Shown piece by piece: positions 26,663-37,109 of a DNA stretch of 64,000 nt. The notes under the pieces were generated by a model that ran no database searches, was not told the origin of the DNA, and saw only the letters and a list, made by a program, of their open reading frames with translations. This stretch comes from an uncultured Candidatus Saccharibacteria bacterium. GTDB lineage: Bacteria > Patescibacteriota > Doudnabacteria > UBA920 > O2-02-FULL-48-8. Within the stretch, counting starts at the first letter, position 1; every line of letters begins with the position of its first letter. The DNA lies in NCBI GenBank assembly GCA_964605735.1, contig CAZSDS010000001.1, forward strand, positions 262,771 through 326,770, read 5' to 3'. The position numbers and the translations under genes were made by a program.

Positions 26663-29187
26663 CAGCCTGTCCTTTCTGTTGATGCGGGCCCGCTTTTCAG
26701 TGGCGCGCCCAGCTTAGTGCGTTCCAGAATTTCTTCCTCAATTTCAGAACGAGGCTTCCCATGCTTAAGGTTCGACAAATTCCTGATAAGACTGGCAAGT
26801 TCCGGATTTGCGCCGGGAGGCTTTGGATATGTCTGCATGTTAAACGGACGTGAGGCGGAGCCGTCAATCATCAGCTTCACGTACGCATTGAACCGCTCAA
26901 TGTTAATGACATCAAAGTCATTGAACACGGGCGCGAATTCTTTGGCCATTATCTCCGCGTCCTCCACACCAATGCGGAAACAGATCATAGTACCCGTATT
27001 TCCAAACACCGCATCTTTCATTTTGGTGTCATTGGCCGAAGACCCTTCTTTTTCAATGCCTAACTGGGAAATAAACTGGTGGGCCATAATCAAATTAAGA
27101 CGGTATTTTCTGGCTTCTGAAAGAATTGTGGCAAAGCTGTCCGTCACAAAATTCTGGAACTCGTCAACGTACAGATAAAAGTCGCGGCGCTGTTCCTCCG
27201 GAATGTCTGCCCTGGACATTGCCGCCATCTGCAGTTTGGAAACAATGATCAAACCAAGTAATTTGGCGTTGACCTCCCCGGTTTTGCCCTTTGACAGATT
27301 TATCAAAAGGATTTTGCCTTCATCCATGACTTTTCTGAAATCAAAGGAGCTGACCGGCTGGCCAATGATATTGCGCATCATGGAATTTTCCACGAACCTT
27401 CCGACTTTTGAAATCAAGTACCCGAGCATTTCAGACTTATGGAAGTCAGATGTCTTAGCCATTTCTTTTTCCCAAAATGCACGGACAATCGGATCTTTGA
27501 CTTTGGAAAGCTTGTATTTCTGAAAATCTGGGTCAGTGAACATCCTAGGTATGTCAGCTATCGTACCCGGATACTGCTCATCCTCCATCAGTGTGAGCAT
27601 GACGTTCCGCATATTGTGTTCAAACATTGGGCCGATCATTTCAGGCGGAAACAGCTTGTAGAAAATTGCAATCATCTCCTGAATGACAAAATCCTTCTGG
27701 GAAGGGTCTTTCACTTCCAGCATGTTTAAGCCAAGCGGACGCTCGATATTAAAAGGTTCAAATAAAATTACATCTTCGGCGCGTTCCTTGGGGATATATT
27801 GCAAAACATCCTCAATAAAATCTCCATGTGGGTCAATAATGCAAAGTCCTTCGCCATTTCTGACGTCCTGGATGGCCATATTTTTCATAAGCTCGGTTTT
27901 ACCTGTGCCTGTGCGGCCAATAATATAAGAGTGCCGGCGTCTGTCATCCTGCTTGATGTAAACTTGTTCCTGCTGGTTGCGGTAATTTGTGTAGCCCAGC
28001 AACAAGCCGCTGTCAGGCAAATTTGGCGGAGGTGCGGCTTTCTTGGCGCTGAGCCACTTAATGTTTGGCGTTTCTGTGAATTTGGTAGGAAGGTGCCAAA
28101 GGCTGGCCAACTCTTCTGTGTTCAAAACTTCCTTGGTATTATGGAACATGCGGAAAACATAATCCTTGACCACCTTATCCGGCTTGGACTTTCGGACCTT
28201 GAACCCGTTAAACGGCGGCATTGAATACTGCATAAAGGACGCCAAAATGTTTTTCAGGTGCTGTTCAGCATTGGCTTTGCTTGGTGATGTGGTGATTACG
28301 CGCATGTTGAACTTATAGCCGACTTTCGACGATTTTTCTTCCAGGCGTTTGACCATTTCCTGTTGCATCGGCGTCAGGTGAATCGGCTTGTCTTCAGGCT
28401 TTCGCAGTAAATCCTCTTCTTTTTTCTTCACTCCCATAGCCTGGTCAAAAAGATTATTCATGACGTTAAACGTACCATCAAGCGCTTTGTCAAAAGTCGA
28501 GGTGCTGATTTTATCCGGGTGTTTGCCTTGCTGAATTTCATGCGCCATTTTTCTGGCTTTAGACTGCCAGGAATTTCCCGCCGGACTGATGAGCAGCTGA
28601 ATTGCAGCTCCTTCTTCCGGAGCCAATTTGGAAAGGCTGTTGGTTATGGCATTGATTGGGTCTGTCTCCATGTTTTTATAAGTCTTGAAAGTCAGGACCG
28701 AATCGCGCTGCAATCCAATCTCAGCGCCTGTGGCTGCGGAGTTGGGAGAAAAAATATTGTAAATCTTAACCTTGTCCACGTGCGCCTTAGGGTATTGCGC
28801 GTGCAAGCTCTTTTCCACCAAAGTTTGCAAACGACTTGGCACATTTATGTAAAACGAAATATGTTTGCCCTTGGCCGCAATCTCCAAACTGATGTACTCG
28901 TCAATTCCGAGCATATGATTGAGGTCTTTGCTGGAAATTTCAGAAATTGTGGCGAAGAACTGTTCTGCAATGGCAATCATATCCTTCTCTTCTTTCTGAG
29001 CTTCCGTATCCTGAGCTGATCCGTCTTTTGGCACGCTGACTTCCAAAAACACGGACTTTTTCAAACGAGGCAGCCATGTTTTTCTTCTCAGGCCGTCAAA
29101 AACAAGAAAATACAAAAAGGCTCCGGTAAAGCCAACTGCGGCTACCAGTAAAATCACCAAAAACCAAATTGTATAATCAGATGCCAT
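26662..29187 (-). CDS. VirD4/TraD/HerA-like membrane ATPase (type IV coupling-protein family)
   Basis: N-terminal TM; 'DRRRHSYIIGRTGTGKT' Walker A; IIDPHGD; 'LYVDEFQNF' Walker B; SEARKY; AHQF. Confidence 0.9.
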   Translation of the reverse strand: MASDYTIWFLVILLVAAVGFTGAFLYFLVFDGLRRKTWLPRLKKSVFLEVSVPKDGSAQDTEAQKEEKDMIAIAEQFFATISEISSKDLNHMLGIDEYISLEIAAKGKHISFYINVPSRLQTLVEKSLHAQYPKAHVDKVKIYNIFSPNSAATGAEIGLQRDSVLTFKTYKNMETDPINAITNSLSKLAPEEGAAIQLLISPAGNSWQSKARKMAHEIQQGKHPDKISTSTFDKALDGTFNVMNNLFDQAMGVKKKEEDLLRKPEDKPIHLTPMQQEMVKRLEEKSSKVGYKFNMRVITTSPSKANAEQHLKNILASFMQYSMPPFNGFKVRKSKPDKVVKDYVFRMFHNTKEVLNTEELASLWHLPTKFTETPNIKWLSAKKAAPPPNLPDSGLLLGYTNYRNQQEQVYIKQDDRRRHSYIIGRTGTGKTELMKNMAIQDVRNGEGLCIIDPHGDFIEDVLQYIPKERAEDVILFEPFNIERPLGLNMLEVKDPSQKDFVIQEMIAIFYKLFPPEMIGPMFEHNMRNVMLTLMEDEQYPGTIADIPRMFTDPDFQKYKLSKVKDPIVRAFWEKEMAKTSDFHKSEMLGYLISKVGRFVENSMMRNIIGQPVSSFDFRKVMDEGKILLINLSKGKTGEVNAKLLGLIIVSKLQMAAMSRADIPEEQRRDFYLYVDEFQNFVTDSFATILSEARKYRLNLIMAHQFISQLGIEKEGSSANDTKMKDAVFGNTGTMICFRIGVEDAEIMAKEFAPVFNDFDVINIERFNAYVKLMIDGSASRPFNMQTYPKPPGANPELASLIRNLSNLKHGKPRSEIEEEILERTKLGAPLKSGPASTERTG

Positions 29188-29224
29188 TTGTTTGTTTTAC
29201 TTTTTATTTCAACCTGCTGAGAAT

Positions 29225-29611
29225 TTATTCCGGATGAGTTTCCTCGCCGTTGCCTATCCAGGCAGAAAGCGTATCAACCAAATCTGCATTGTCTTTCGAA
29301 ATTTTTCCTGCAGCCGCCTGCTCGATAATCTCATCCAATTTCTCTACACCGCGCCCCAGCGGGCCATTCAGCTCTGAAATCGGGTCACTGGTTTTTGATT
29401 CAGAAGGCTCAGCTTGGCTGGTTATGCCGGGAATTTCTGGACTAAATTGTTTTTTTGACTCTGCTCGATGTTTTTCCCGCAGCTCGCTTTGCTGGTAAAG
29501 CTCTTCCGATAATTTTTTGGCTTCTTCAAATTGCGCGCGTTCTCGCTCCAGCTGGGCCAGCCTTTCCGGATCAAGTTCGCTGTTTTTATTGTTCCTGAAT
29601 TGTTCCGCCAT
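29225..29611 (-). CDS. acidic hypothetical protein
   Basis: 128-aa ORF co-oriented within the operon. Confidence 0.7.
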   Translation of the reverse strand: MAEQFRNNKNSELDPERLAQLERERAQFEEAKKLSEELYQQSELREKHRAESKKQFSPEIPGITSQAEPSESKTSDPISELNGPLGRGVEKLDEIIEQAAAGKISKDNADLVDTLSAWIGNGEETHPE

Positions 29612-29614
29612 AAA

Positions 29615-29911
29615 TTAAAGTTCCTGATTGATTAATGAACTTAACTCTTGTTTCAAAGACAAAATTTCTTCATCTACCCATTTCATGTAATCAGGCGCTT
29701 TTTCTGAAATAAATTCGCCGATTTCCACCTCATCCCCTTTTTCCAAAATTTGGTTCAACTTTTCCTGGTCTGCATCTGGCAATGATTTCATAAGCCTGAG
29801 GAACAGGCGATCCTCTATAAGCCTTGCAGACTGATCCACAATTCTAATTTTTTGTTCTGCCGGCAAATCCTGGATGCCCAACAACGAAATTAAATCCTTA
29901 TCCTCGATCAT
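29615..29911 (-). CDS. DUF5663-like small acidic helical protein
   Basis: 'LLGIQDLPAEQK'; ATGA overlap with the upstream gene. Confidence 0.65.
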   Translation of the reverse strand: MIEDKDLISLLGIQDLPAEQKIRIVDQSARLIEDRLFLRLMKSLPDADQEKLNQILEKGDEVEIGEFISEKAPDYMKWVDEEILSLKQELSSLINQEL

Positions 29912-32900
29912 TGCTTCATCCTTTCTGCGGCCAGCCGCACCATAAATTTTTTAACTGTTTCTTGTTTCATTGTTGAACCCAGTTCATTTGATGACCGGTA
30001 AAACAAATCGTTCATGCGGTCGGCGAAGCCTTTGTATTTGGAGATCTGCCGGTCAGAAATCTGATCGCTGGTGAAAAAGGTCATAAAGTCAGACATCTTC
30101 TGATCCTGGATTTTATTCAAATCCTTTCCATCCAGGTTCATCTCCTTCATGAAGTCTTTGTATTTCGTTCCGCCCATCAGGTCTTTAATGGCGTCTGTGG
30201 TTTTTTTCTGGCTTTCGATTTGACTGTAAAGTTTGTTAACCTCTTCCTCAGAAACCAAGGCTCCATGTTCCGCTGTTTTCCCCGCGGCTGACTCAACCGT
30301 CTGGGTGACTTCGAAATCACCTGATTCTTTTATGCGATCAAAGTCCAGCTTTTCAACCTCGACATTTTCAGGCCCGATTCTTCCGGCCACCCGCTGATCA
30401 ACGTTTCCAACTTCATTGCGCACGCTTTCCAAAACTTCTGATTTGGTTGGAATGTTTTCGGCAAAATCCAGACTGCCTTTATCCAGGTTAAAACTCCCGT
30501 CAGCTGAGATGTCAATTTTTGCCCCGACTATGTCGCTGAGGTCTTTGCCCGTGCCATCCACGCTGTAACCGTTTTCCTTGGCAATCTCTAGAATGCGTTT
30601 ATGAATCGCTGTTTTGTAATCCGTGCCAGGGTACTTTTCTGTCAGCCACTTGGCAGTCGGACTGTCGGGATTATTTTTTACATGGTCGATCATCACGCTT
30701 TCAATGCTCTTGCCCGAACCCTCAGGCACTTCAAGGCTGTTTGTGAATTGGGTTGTTGATCTTTCAGCTTCAGTGAGTATGCGCGCCGGCTCAGCACCTG
30801 AAACTTTTGCGCCAGCCGTAGTTTCTGGCTTCGTATCTGGAATTTCAGAGTTTGAGTCAGGTGTTGTTTGCCCAACAACCTGCCCATCTCCAGCTTCAAC
30901 CGGTTCAGGCGAACCTGGAGAAGTCATTTCAGTTTCAAGATTTTGATCAGTCCAACCCAACTTGTATTTCTTGTCCACGTACTCAAGCATGGAGTGGAAA
31001 AGCCCGGCTGTGGCCACACCCACGAGCACTGATCCCGCCGTAGTGACCCTTCTAATGTTCTTTTCTTTGGTAATAGCCAAGTCAGTTTTATTTTCAGCAG
31101 AAATGGCTTGCAGTCTCAAGAATTCCAAATCATCGGGCTTAAATCCTTCCTGTTCAAGCAACTTCCTTTCATGTGCTAATAATTTTTGGAATTGTTCGCT
31201 GTTAACAATTTCGTCATGTGATTTTTTGTCAAAATACGCGCTGGCAAGCATCTGCCCTTGTTTTTCCTGAACCCCTTCCAAATTCAATTCTGCAATCTTG
31301 TCATCTGTTAATTCTTCCTTAAATTTATTCCTGGTCCAATCAATAATTCTGCGGGTTCTGAATGCAGCGTCAACACCTGACACAGCTGCAGCAGCCGCCC
31401 CCAAACTCATAAACGTTAAACCGGAGTACACTACGGTTCTAACGCTGAAAGGAACCGAAGCCACTTTCCCAAGCAAATTCAGTTCTTTTCCTGTACGTTT
31501 GGTGTAGGCATGACCCAGGTTTAGTCCCATATATTTATCCCATTTTCCCTGGACTGCCTTCCACCAACCAGCTTCCATTTGTCCAAACACTTCCTTGTGG
31601 GAAGCGGCCATGGCGAGCTTTTCCGTCAGATGTTTCTCGATATTTGCTCCGACATACTCCTGGCGAGCGTGCTCATATTCAAGTTTGAGGGTCTCTGTTT
31701 CATTAAAGACCTCTTCTTTTTTTGGCGCAAAACCTGCCTTGCTCTTTAATTTCTGGACTGCGCCATATTCGTCATATTTACGCTTAGCAGCAACATATTT
31801 AAGCCGGGCATTCGAAAGTTTCTCTTCCAGTGCGCGCTCTGCGGCAATATCTGATTCTGACCTGAATTCTTTCAGGCTTTCATTATTTTCATTCAAATCT
31901 GGCTCAGGTTCGTTTTTGACTATCTCAGCAGTGAGTTCAGGTTCAGGCTTGTCTAATTTCTCTGGTGCTTTCACCTGGAGTTCCTTAGCCATAAATTGCC
32001 CCATTTCCTCTGTTGACGCACCAGGAACAAAAACAAACTTCCTTACATCTGGACGGAATGCATTCTTTTCAACCTGATCCACCTTAATCTCAAGCCCTTC
32101 CAATGCCTTGGGGTTCGTTTTTTGTAAATTTTCCAGCACTGGCTCCAATTTTTCAAATGCCGCAACATGCTCTTCCGGGGAAATAAAACCTCGGATAACC
32201 TTAACCCCAAATTTTTTCCCAAGCTCATACTGCATATTGTCGACCTTCTCCCAACCAGGCGTTTCCACCGCAGCAATTTCGAGCATTTTTTCCCGCAACT
32301 CTTCAGGGCCTGGAGGGACCTCCTTTTTTGGAGAGTTCTCAGGTTGTGATTGAACTTCCTGATCCTCAGCATTCATCTTACCCTTGGCAATCTGTTCAAG
32401 ATCCGAAAGCAGGAGTTTTTCCTTCTCCCCCATGCGGCTGAGCTTGCTTTCTTCAGCCTTCTTTTTTTTCTTTATTTCAGCAGGCCTAAAAATTGTTTCA
32501 GGAGAGTCAGCATTGCTTTCTGAGGATAATTTAGAACCATGAGATTCTTCAGGATCCACTTTGGTTATTGTATTTTCAGTTTCAGGCGCAAGAGACTGCT
32601 CAGCGCTTATTTGCGAAGAATTTGGTTGAGCAGGCACCTCCTGACCACCCCCAGACTCTAAATTCGCCGACTTTTCTGAATCATTTGAACCGTTGGTTGA
32701 TTTTTCTAAACCACCGGTTAATTCACCAGCAAAACCCCTGGCTTTTTGAAATTCGTCATCCAATGACGCGTCATCCAGACCCTTTAATCTTTCTTCTTCG
32801 GACAGATCAGAAATAAAACCAGCATCCAAAATTGCCTGGATTTTATCCTCTCTGGTCAATTCTTTTTCAGAATCAGACTTTGAGTTTTCCTGTTCTTTCT

Positions 32901-32997
32901 CGTCCTCTGGAATTTTTGCCTGAATCTCGTGATAGCCATTCTTCATGAGAGCGGTCCTGAGATCATCCCCGGCCATTGATTCCATATTACTCGCCAT
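29908..32997 (-). CDS. 1029-aa acidic protein with coiled coils and central hydrophobic helices
   Basis: Long ORF; E/K/S-rich low-complexity N-terminus; Gly/Ala-rich hydrophobic segments near aa 500-545 and 650-670. Confidence 0.85.
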   Translation of the reverse strand: MASNMESMAGDDLRTALMKNGYHEIQAKIPEDEKEQENSKSDSEKELTREDKIQAILDAGFISDLSEEERLKGLDDASLDDEFQKARGFAGELTGGLEKSTNGSNDSEKSANLESGGGQEVPAQPNSSQISAEQSLAPETENTITKVDPEESHGSKLSSESNADSPETIFRPAEIKKKKKAEESKLSRMGEKEKLLLSDLEQIAKGKMNAEDQEVQSQPENSPKKEVPPGPEELREKMLEIAAVETPGWEKVDNMQYELGKKFGVKVIRGFISPEEHVAAFEKLEPVLENLQKTNPKALEGLEIKVDQVEKNAFRPDVRKFVFVPGASTEEMGQFMAKELQVKAPEKLDKPEPELTAEIVKNEPEPDLNENNESLKEFRSESDIAAERALEEKLSNARLKYVAAKRKYDEYGAVQKLKSKAGFAPKKEEVFNETETLKLEYEHARQEYVGANIEKHLTEKLAMAASHKEVFGQMEAGWWKAVQGKWDKYMGLNLGHAYTKRTGKELNLLGKVASVPFSVRTVVYSGLTFMSLGAAAAAVSGVDAAFRTRRIIDWTRNKFKEELTDDKIAELNLEGVQEKQGQMLASAYFDKKSHDEIVNSEQFQKLLAHERKLLEQEGFKPDDLEFLRLQAISAENKTDLAITKEKNIRRVTTAGSVLVGVATAGLFHSMLEYVDKKYKLGWTDQNLETEMTSPGSPEPVEAGDGQVVGQTTPDSNSEIPDTKPETTAGAKVSGAEPARILTEAERSTTQFTNSLEVPEGSGKSIESVMIDHVKNNPDSPTAKWLTEKYPGTDYKTAIHKRILEIAKENGYSVDGTGKDLSDIVGAKIDISADGSFNLDKGSLDFAENIPTKSEVLESVRNEVGNVDQRVAGRIGPENVEVEKLDFDRIKESGDFEVTQTVESAAGKTAEHGALVSEEEVNKLYSQIESQKKTTDAIKDLMGGTKYKDFMKEMNLDGKDLNKIQDQKMSDFMTFFTSDQISDRQISKYKGFADRMNDLFYRSSNELGSTMKQETVKKFMVRLAAERMKQ

Positions 32998-33174
32998 TTG
33001 TTGGAAATTTAAATAAAAATGTTTATTTTTCTGTCATTTGAGACCGTTTTTGCGATAAAATTATAACATAAATAACTATTTTTTGACAAACTTTTTACCA
33101 AACCAACCTGCATAAACCAGCAATGGTCAAATAGAACACTTTAAAAGCCGGCTATTTTGTTATACTATTCCCTT

Positions 33175-34533
33175 ATGCTTACGCTGTATAACTCACTGAC
33201 AAGAAAAAAAGAAGAATTCAAGCCGATAACCCCGGGGAAGGCCAGCATGTACACCTGCGGCCCGACTGCATATGATTATGCACATATCGGTAATCTTCGT
33301 TCGTACATATACGCTGACCTGCTCAGGCGAGCTTTAATCATGAACGGCTTTGGCGTGACTTTTGTCATGAACGTGACGGATGTTGATGACAAAACCATTG
33401 CCCGATCACAACAGGAACACAAAACTATTTCAGAACTGACGAACTTCTATACCAAAACTTTCCTGGATGATTTGGAACGCATTAACGTGCCTAAACCTGA
33501 CAAACTCCCAAAAGCAACGGAAGAGATTGAAGGTATGGTTGAACTGATAAAAATTTTGCTGCAAAAAGGCTTTGCTTACCGTACGGAACGCGGGGATTAT
33601 TACTTCAGCATTGCCAAATTCAAAGAATACGGAAAACTGGCACAAGTTGATTTAAGCAACCTGAAAGAAAACGCGGAAGGCCGCCTGGATCGGGCTGATG
33701 AGTACGAAAAAGACAATGTCCGTGATTTTGCGCTCTGGAAAGCCTATTCCACTGAAGACGGAGAAGTGTTCTGGGAGACTGAATTAGGCAAAGGACGGCC
33801 AGGCTGGCACATTGAATGTTCAGTCATGTCAGCCAAATACCTTGGCCAGCCATTTGATATCCATGCCGGCGGCGTTGACCTTATTTTCCCCCACCATACA
33901 AACGAAATAGCTCAAAGCGAAGCCGCGTACGGCAAACCCCTGGCCAATTACTGGATGCACAGCGAACACCTGTTGGTCGACAACTCAAAGATGGCCAAAT
34001 CAAAAAATAATTTCTACACCTCACAAGACGTCATCAACCAGGGGTTCAACATGCTTGCTTTCAGATATTTAATGCTATCTTCACATTATCGGTCAAAGCT
34101 CAATTTCACCTGGGAAAGCTTGCGCGGCGCCAAGAACGCCTTGAACAACCTTTACACAGAAATCTCTTCATACAATCCGGCAAAAAACGGCCTGCCGGAA
34201 TTTGAATCAGCTTTTGAACAAGCCATTAATGAGGACTTGAATTCAGCAAAAGCCCTGGCAGTGGTTTGGGACCTGATTCACTCCGAACATGATACAGGAG
34301 ACAAACTGGCCAGTCTCCTGAAATTTGACCAAATTTTAGGTTTAAACCTCAGGTCAGCTTGGGAGGAAGCCGTAAACCTCCCGGACGAAATCAAGGCAAT
34401 CAAAACAGACCGCGATCAAGCGCGGGGCAAAAAAGATTACACCCGTTCTGACGCATTGCGTGATGAACTTGAAGCAAAAGGATACATTGTGGAGGATACA
34501 TCCAGTGGAACTCTCTTAAAGAAAAAATATTGA
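33175..34533 (+). CDS. cysS: Cysteine--tRNA ligase
   Basis: MLTLYNSLTR, CGPT, HIGN, GRPGWHIEC, KMAKS; start re-called at ATG 33175. Confidence 0.98.
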   Translation: MLTLYNSLTRKKEEFKPITPGKASMYTCGPTAYDYAHIGNLRSYIYADLLRRALIMNGFGVTFVMNVTDVDDKTIARSQQEHKTISELTNFYTKTFLDDLERINVPKPDKLPKATEEIEGMVELIKILLQKGFAYRTERGDYYFSIAKFKEYGKLAQVDLSNLKENAEGRLDRADEYEKDNVRDFALWKAYSTEDGEVFWETELGKGRPGWHIECSVMSAKYLGQPFDIHAGGVDLIFPHHTNEIAQSEAAYGKPLANYWMHSEHLLVDNSKMAKSKNNFYTSQDVINQGFNMLAFRYLMLSSHYRSKLNFTWESLRGAKNALNNLYTEISSYNPAKNGLPEFESAFEQAINEDLNSAKALAVVWDLIHSEHDTGDKLASLLKFDQILGLNLRSAWEEAVNLPDEIKAIKTDRDQARGKKDYTRSDALRDELEAKGYIVEDTSSGTLLKKKY

Positions 34534-34539
34534 ACCCAG

Positions 34540-35058
34540 ATGTCTGTCCAAGAATTGCTCGAAAAAGGGCATGAGGAGGTGCTAAAAGCCCTGGAGGGCA
34601 TTTCTGACTTGGACGCGGAAAATCTTCATATTTTGGGTAACTGGACCATAAGAGATCTTTTAGGCAACCTCACTGCTTATGAACACGTTCTGGAAGATAT
34701 TTTTGGCTACAGAATGGTGGTTTTCAGCACAGGACCATACTTGTTGCAGCTTATAAAAATGGGTCCCGAAGAATTCGACAAATTCCATTTTGAGGAATTC
34801 AAGTACACGCCTTATACCGAAGTGCTTACGCAGTTTACCTCCAGACACCAGCACGTAGTGGGCATGCTCTGGCAGATGACTGATGATTTACTGCACCAAA
34901 AAGGCGTGTTGAAATGGTATGACAAAAAGGCTTCTGTCGCAGATTATATCGCCAACACCCATTACCCCAGGAAACTAAAAGCTGCGGATAGGATTTTCGC
35001 CTTTAAAAAAAAGTTAGCTCACAACAGACACAAGCCAAGCAAAAAATCAGATCTTTGA
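34540..35058 (+). CDS. DinB/ClbS-like four-helix bundle protein
   Basis: 'GNWTIRDLLGNLTAYE' and 'ANTHY' resemble DinB-family motifs. Confidence 0.6.
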   Translation: MSVQELLEKGHEEVLKALEGISDLDAENLHILGNWTIRDLLGNLTAYEHVLEDIFGYRMVVFSTGPYLLQLIKMGPEEFDKFHFEEFKYTPYTEVLTQFTSRHQHVVGMLWQMTDDLLHQKGVLKWYDKKASVADYIANTHYPRKLKAADRIFAFKKKLAHNRHKPSKKSDL

Positions 35059-35204
35059 GGATTGTGTTTTCCGCACACAATTTCCCCAGGTTATGCACCC
35101 GCTCTAAATTTTTCCCTTATTTTACTTGATTTTGCTTGCCCTTCCTTGCTTATTTTGCCAGGTAATTTTCTCCGCGTATAATAAACACACTTAAGCAAAA
35201 ACCT

Positions 35205-36620
35205 ATGGCAAAAAGAGACCAAACAGAAAGCAAAATTTCAGACAACCTGGTAAATAAACTACCTCCGCAAAGCCTGGAAGCAGAACAATCTGTTCTGGGC
35301 TCGTTGATTTTGGACAAGGACGCCATAATCAAGATTGCCGACATCATTTCAGCTGAAGATTTTTACGAAGAAAAACACCGGCTGATTTATCTGGCAATCA
35401 TTGCCCTTTATGACGAACGCAGTTCGATCGACATCCTGACTGTTTCCAACAAGCTGGAAGAGGGCGCTAGCCTGGAAAAAATCGGCGGAACCAGCTATCT
35501 GACCACTCTGGTCAATACTGTGCCTTCTGCAGCCCACGTGGTCCACTACGCGCAAATTGTAAAAAGAAAAGGGACCTTGCGCCGGCTTATCACGAGTGCA
35601 ACTGACATTGTCAGTATGGGATATCAGGAAGATGTGGATTTGGACATGCTTTTGGACAAAGCTGAACAAAAACTGTTTTCAGTTTCCCAAAAATCTCTGA
35701 AACAGAATTTTGTCCCCATTACCGAAATCCTGCATGAAACTTTTGACCGTTTGGATGAACTGCACCGCGAAAAAGGAAAACTCCGAGGCGTGCCCACCGG
35801 GTTTACGGATCTGGACAACAAACTCGGCGGTTTGCAAAATTCTGACTTGATTATTTTGGCTGCCCGCCCTTCCATGGGTAAAACTTCTCTGGCTTTGGAT
35901 ATCATCAGGCATGTGGCTTTGGAAGAGAAAAAATCCACAGCTATCTTTTCTTTGGAAATGAGCAAGGACCAGCTGGTTGATCGTCTGCTTGCCGCGGAAG
36001 CTGATGTTGACCTTTGGAAAATGCGCACCGGCCGGTTAAGTGATGTTGGCGTAAACAATGATTTTGAACGAATCGGCCACGCTTTAGGCAGACTTTCTGA
36101 AGCGCCAATCTTCATTGATGACCAGGGTGCTTTAAACATCATGGAACTGCGAACCAAAGCCCGCCGTTTGCAGGCTGAAAACGAACTGGACTTGATTGTC
36201 GTGGATTATTTGCAGCTTATGCAGGGACGCTCCACTGATAACCGCGTCCAGGAGGTCTCTGAAATTTCCCGTTCCTTAAAACTTTTGGCTAAGGAATTAA
36301 ATGTTCCTGTGCTGGCGCTTTCCCAGCTTTCCCGTAACGTTGAACAACGGGGCGCAGACAAACGGCCTCAATTATCCGACTTGCGCGAATCCGGATCCAT
36401 TGAGCAGGATGCTGACGTGGTCTTGTTCATTTTCCGAGATGAAATGTACACTGGCTCTGAATCCAAAAAGCCCCACATCGCTGAAATTTTGGTCCGTAAG
36501 CACCGCAATGGGCCTACTGGCGAGGTTGAACTCTACTTCGATGGAGAAAAGACATCCTTCAAGAACTTGGCCAAAAACCAATCTTCTGAAGATGTAATGA
36601 TGGAACAAATAATGCAATAA
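35205..36620 (+). CDS. dnaB: Replicative DNA helicase
   Basis: PPQSLEAEQSVLG, AARPSMGKT, VDYLQLM, LSQLSR, DLRESGSIEQDAD. Confidence 0.99.
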   Translation: MAKRDQTESKISDNLVNKLPPQSLEAEQSVLGSLILDKDAIIKIADIISAEDFYEEKHRLIYLAIIALYDERSSIDILTVSNKLEEGASLEKIGGTSYLTTLVNTVPSAAHVVHYAQIVKRKGTLRRLITSATDIVSMGYQEDVDLDMLLDKAEQKLFSVSQKSLKQNFVPITEILHETFDRLDELHREKGKLRGVPTGFTDLDNKLGGLQNSDLIILAARPSMGKTSLALDIIRHVALEEKKSTAIFSLEMSKDQLVDRLLAAEADVDLWKMRTGRLSDVGVNNDFERIGHALGRLSEAPIFIDDQGALNIMELRTKARRLQAENELDLIVVDYLQLMQGRSTDNRVQEVSEISRSLKLLAKELNVPVLALSQLSRNVEQRGADKRPQLSDLRESGSIEQDADVVLFIFRDEMYTGSESKKPHIAEILVRKHRNGPTGEVELYFDGEKTSFKNLAKNQSSEDVMMEQIMQ

Positions 36621-36622
36621 AT

Positions 36623-36655
36623 AAAAAGCCGCGAGAACAGTCTCGTGGCTTGTTT
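36623..36655. terminator. bidirectional terminator
   Basis: AAAAAGCCGCGAGA-ACAG-TCTCGTGGCTT between convergent genes. Confidence 0.8.
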
Positions 36656-36657
36656 GC

Positions 36658-37032
36658 TTAAGGGAAAACTCGGTAATTCACCGGAGTATTCTCCCAGGCT
36701 TTACTCAAGTCGGATGGAACGCGCCCGCCGGCCAGACGAAACAGCTCAATGCTCAACGCGTCCAAAACTTCGGCTCGCTCCTGTTCGTTCACAGTAAACA
36801 GCGAGATTTCTGAAGCAAGCTCTTGGAACAGGTTGCCCACCTCAGGCCAACTCTCGTCCAGTTTCCTGTCAGACGGCAACGCAAACATGTTCGCCCGGTA
36901 CTCAGCTATGAGTGACTGGAGCATGAACATGGAATAATTGCCGCCAGGACCGCTGAACAGGTCCAAAGCAACGCCTATCCATTTTTCAAACAGAGCTTTC
37001 ATCTGGCCCCGCCGGTCTTCTTGTTGACTCAT
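36658..37032 (-). CDS. orphan helical protein
   Basis: GGAGG SD; promoter TTGAAA-18-TAATAT (37063-37092). Confidence 0.7.
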   Translation of the reverse strand: MSQQEDRRGQMKALFEKWIGVALDLFSGPGGNYSMFMLQSLIAEYRANMFALPSDRKLDESWPEVGNLFQELASEISLFTVNEQERAEVLDALSIELFRLAGGRVPSDLSKAWENTPVNYRVFP

Positions 37033-37109
37033 TATTCCTCCAATTCTCGGCCTCAGGACACCATATTACCATTTACTTGTGCCTGTTTTCAAGCTACAAT
37101 AACTGAGTT

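Noticed and set aside
26662-29187. Conjugative element (ICE or plasmid)
   Set aside because: No relaxase, oriT-like structure, mating-pair genes or compositional break; treated as a chromosomal module.
35059-35204. Replication origin upstream of dnaB
   Set aside because: Only weak DnaA-box-like 9-mers in a short gap; no dense box array or clear unwinding element.
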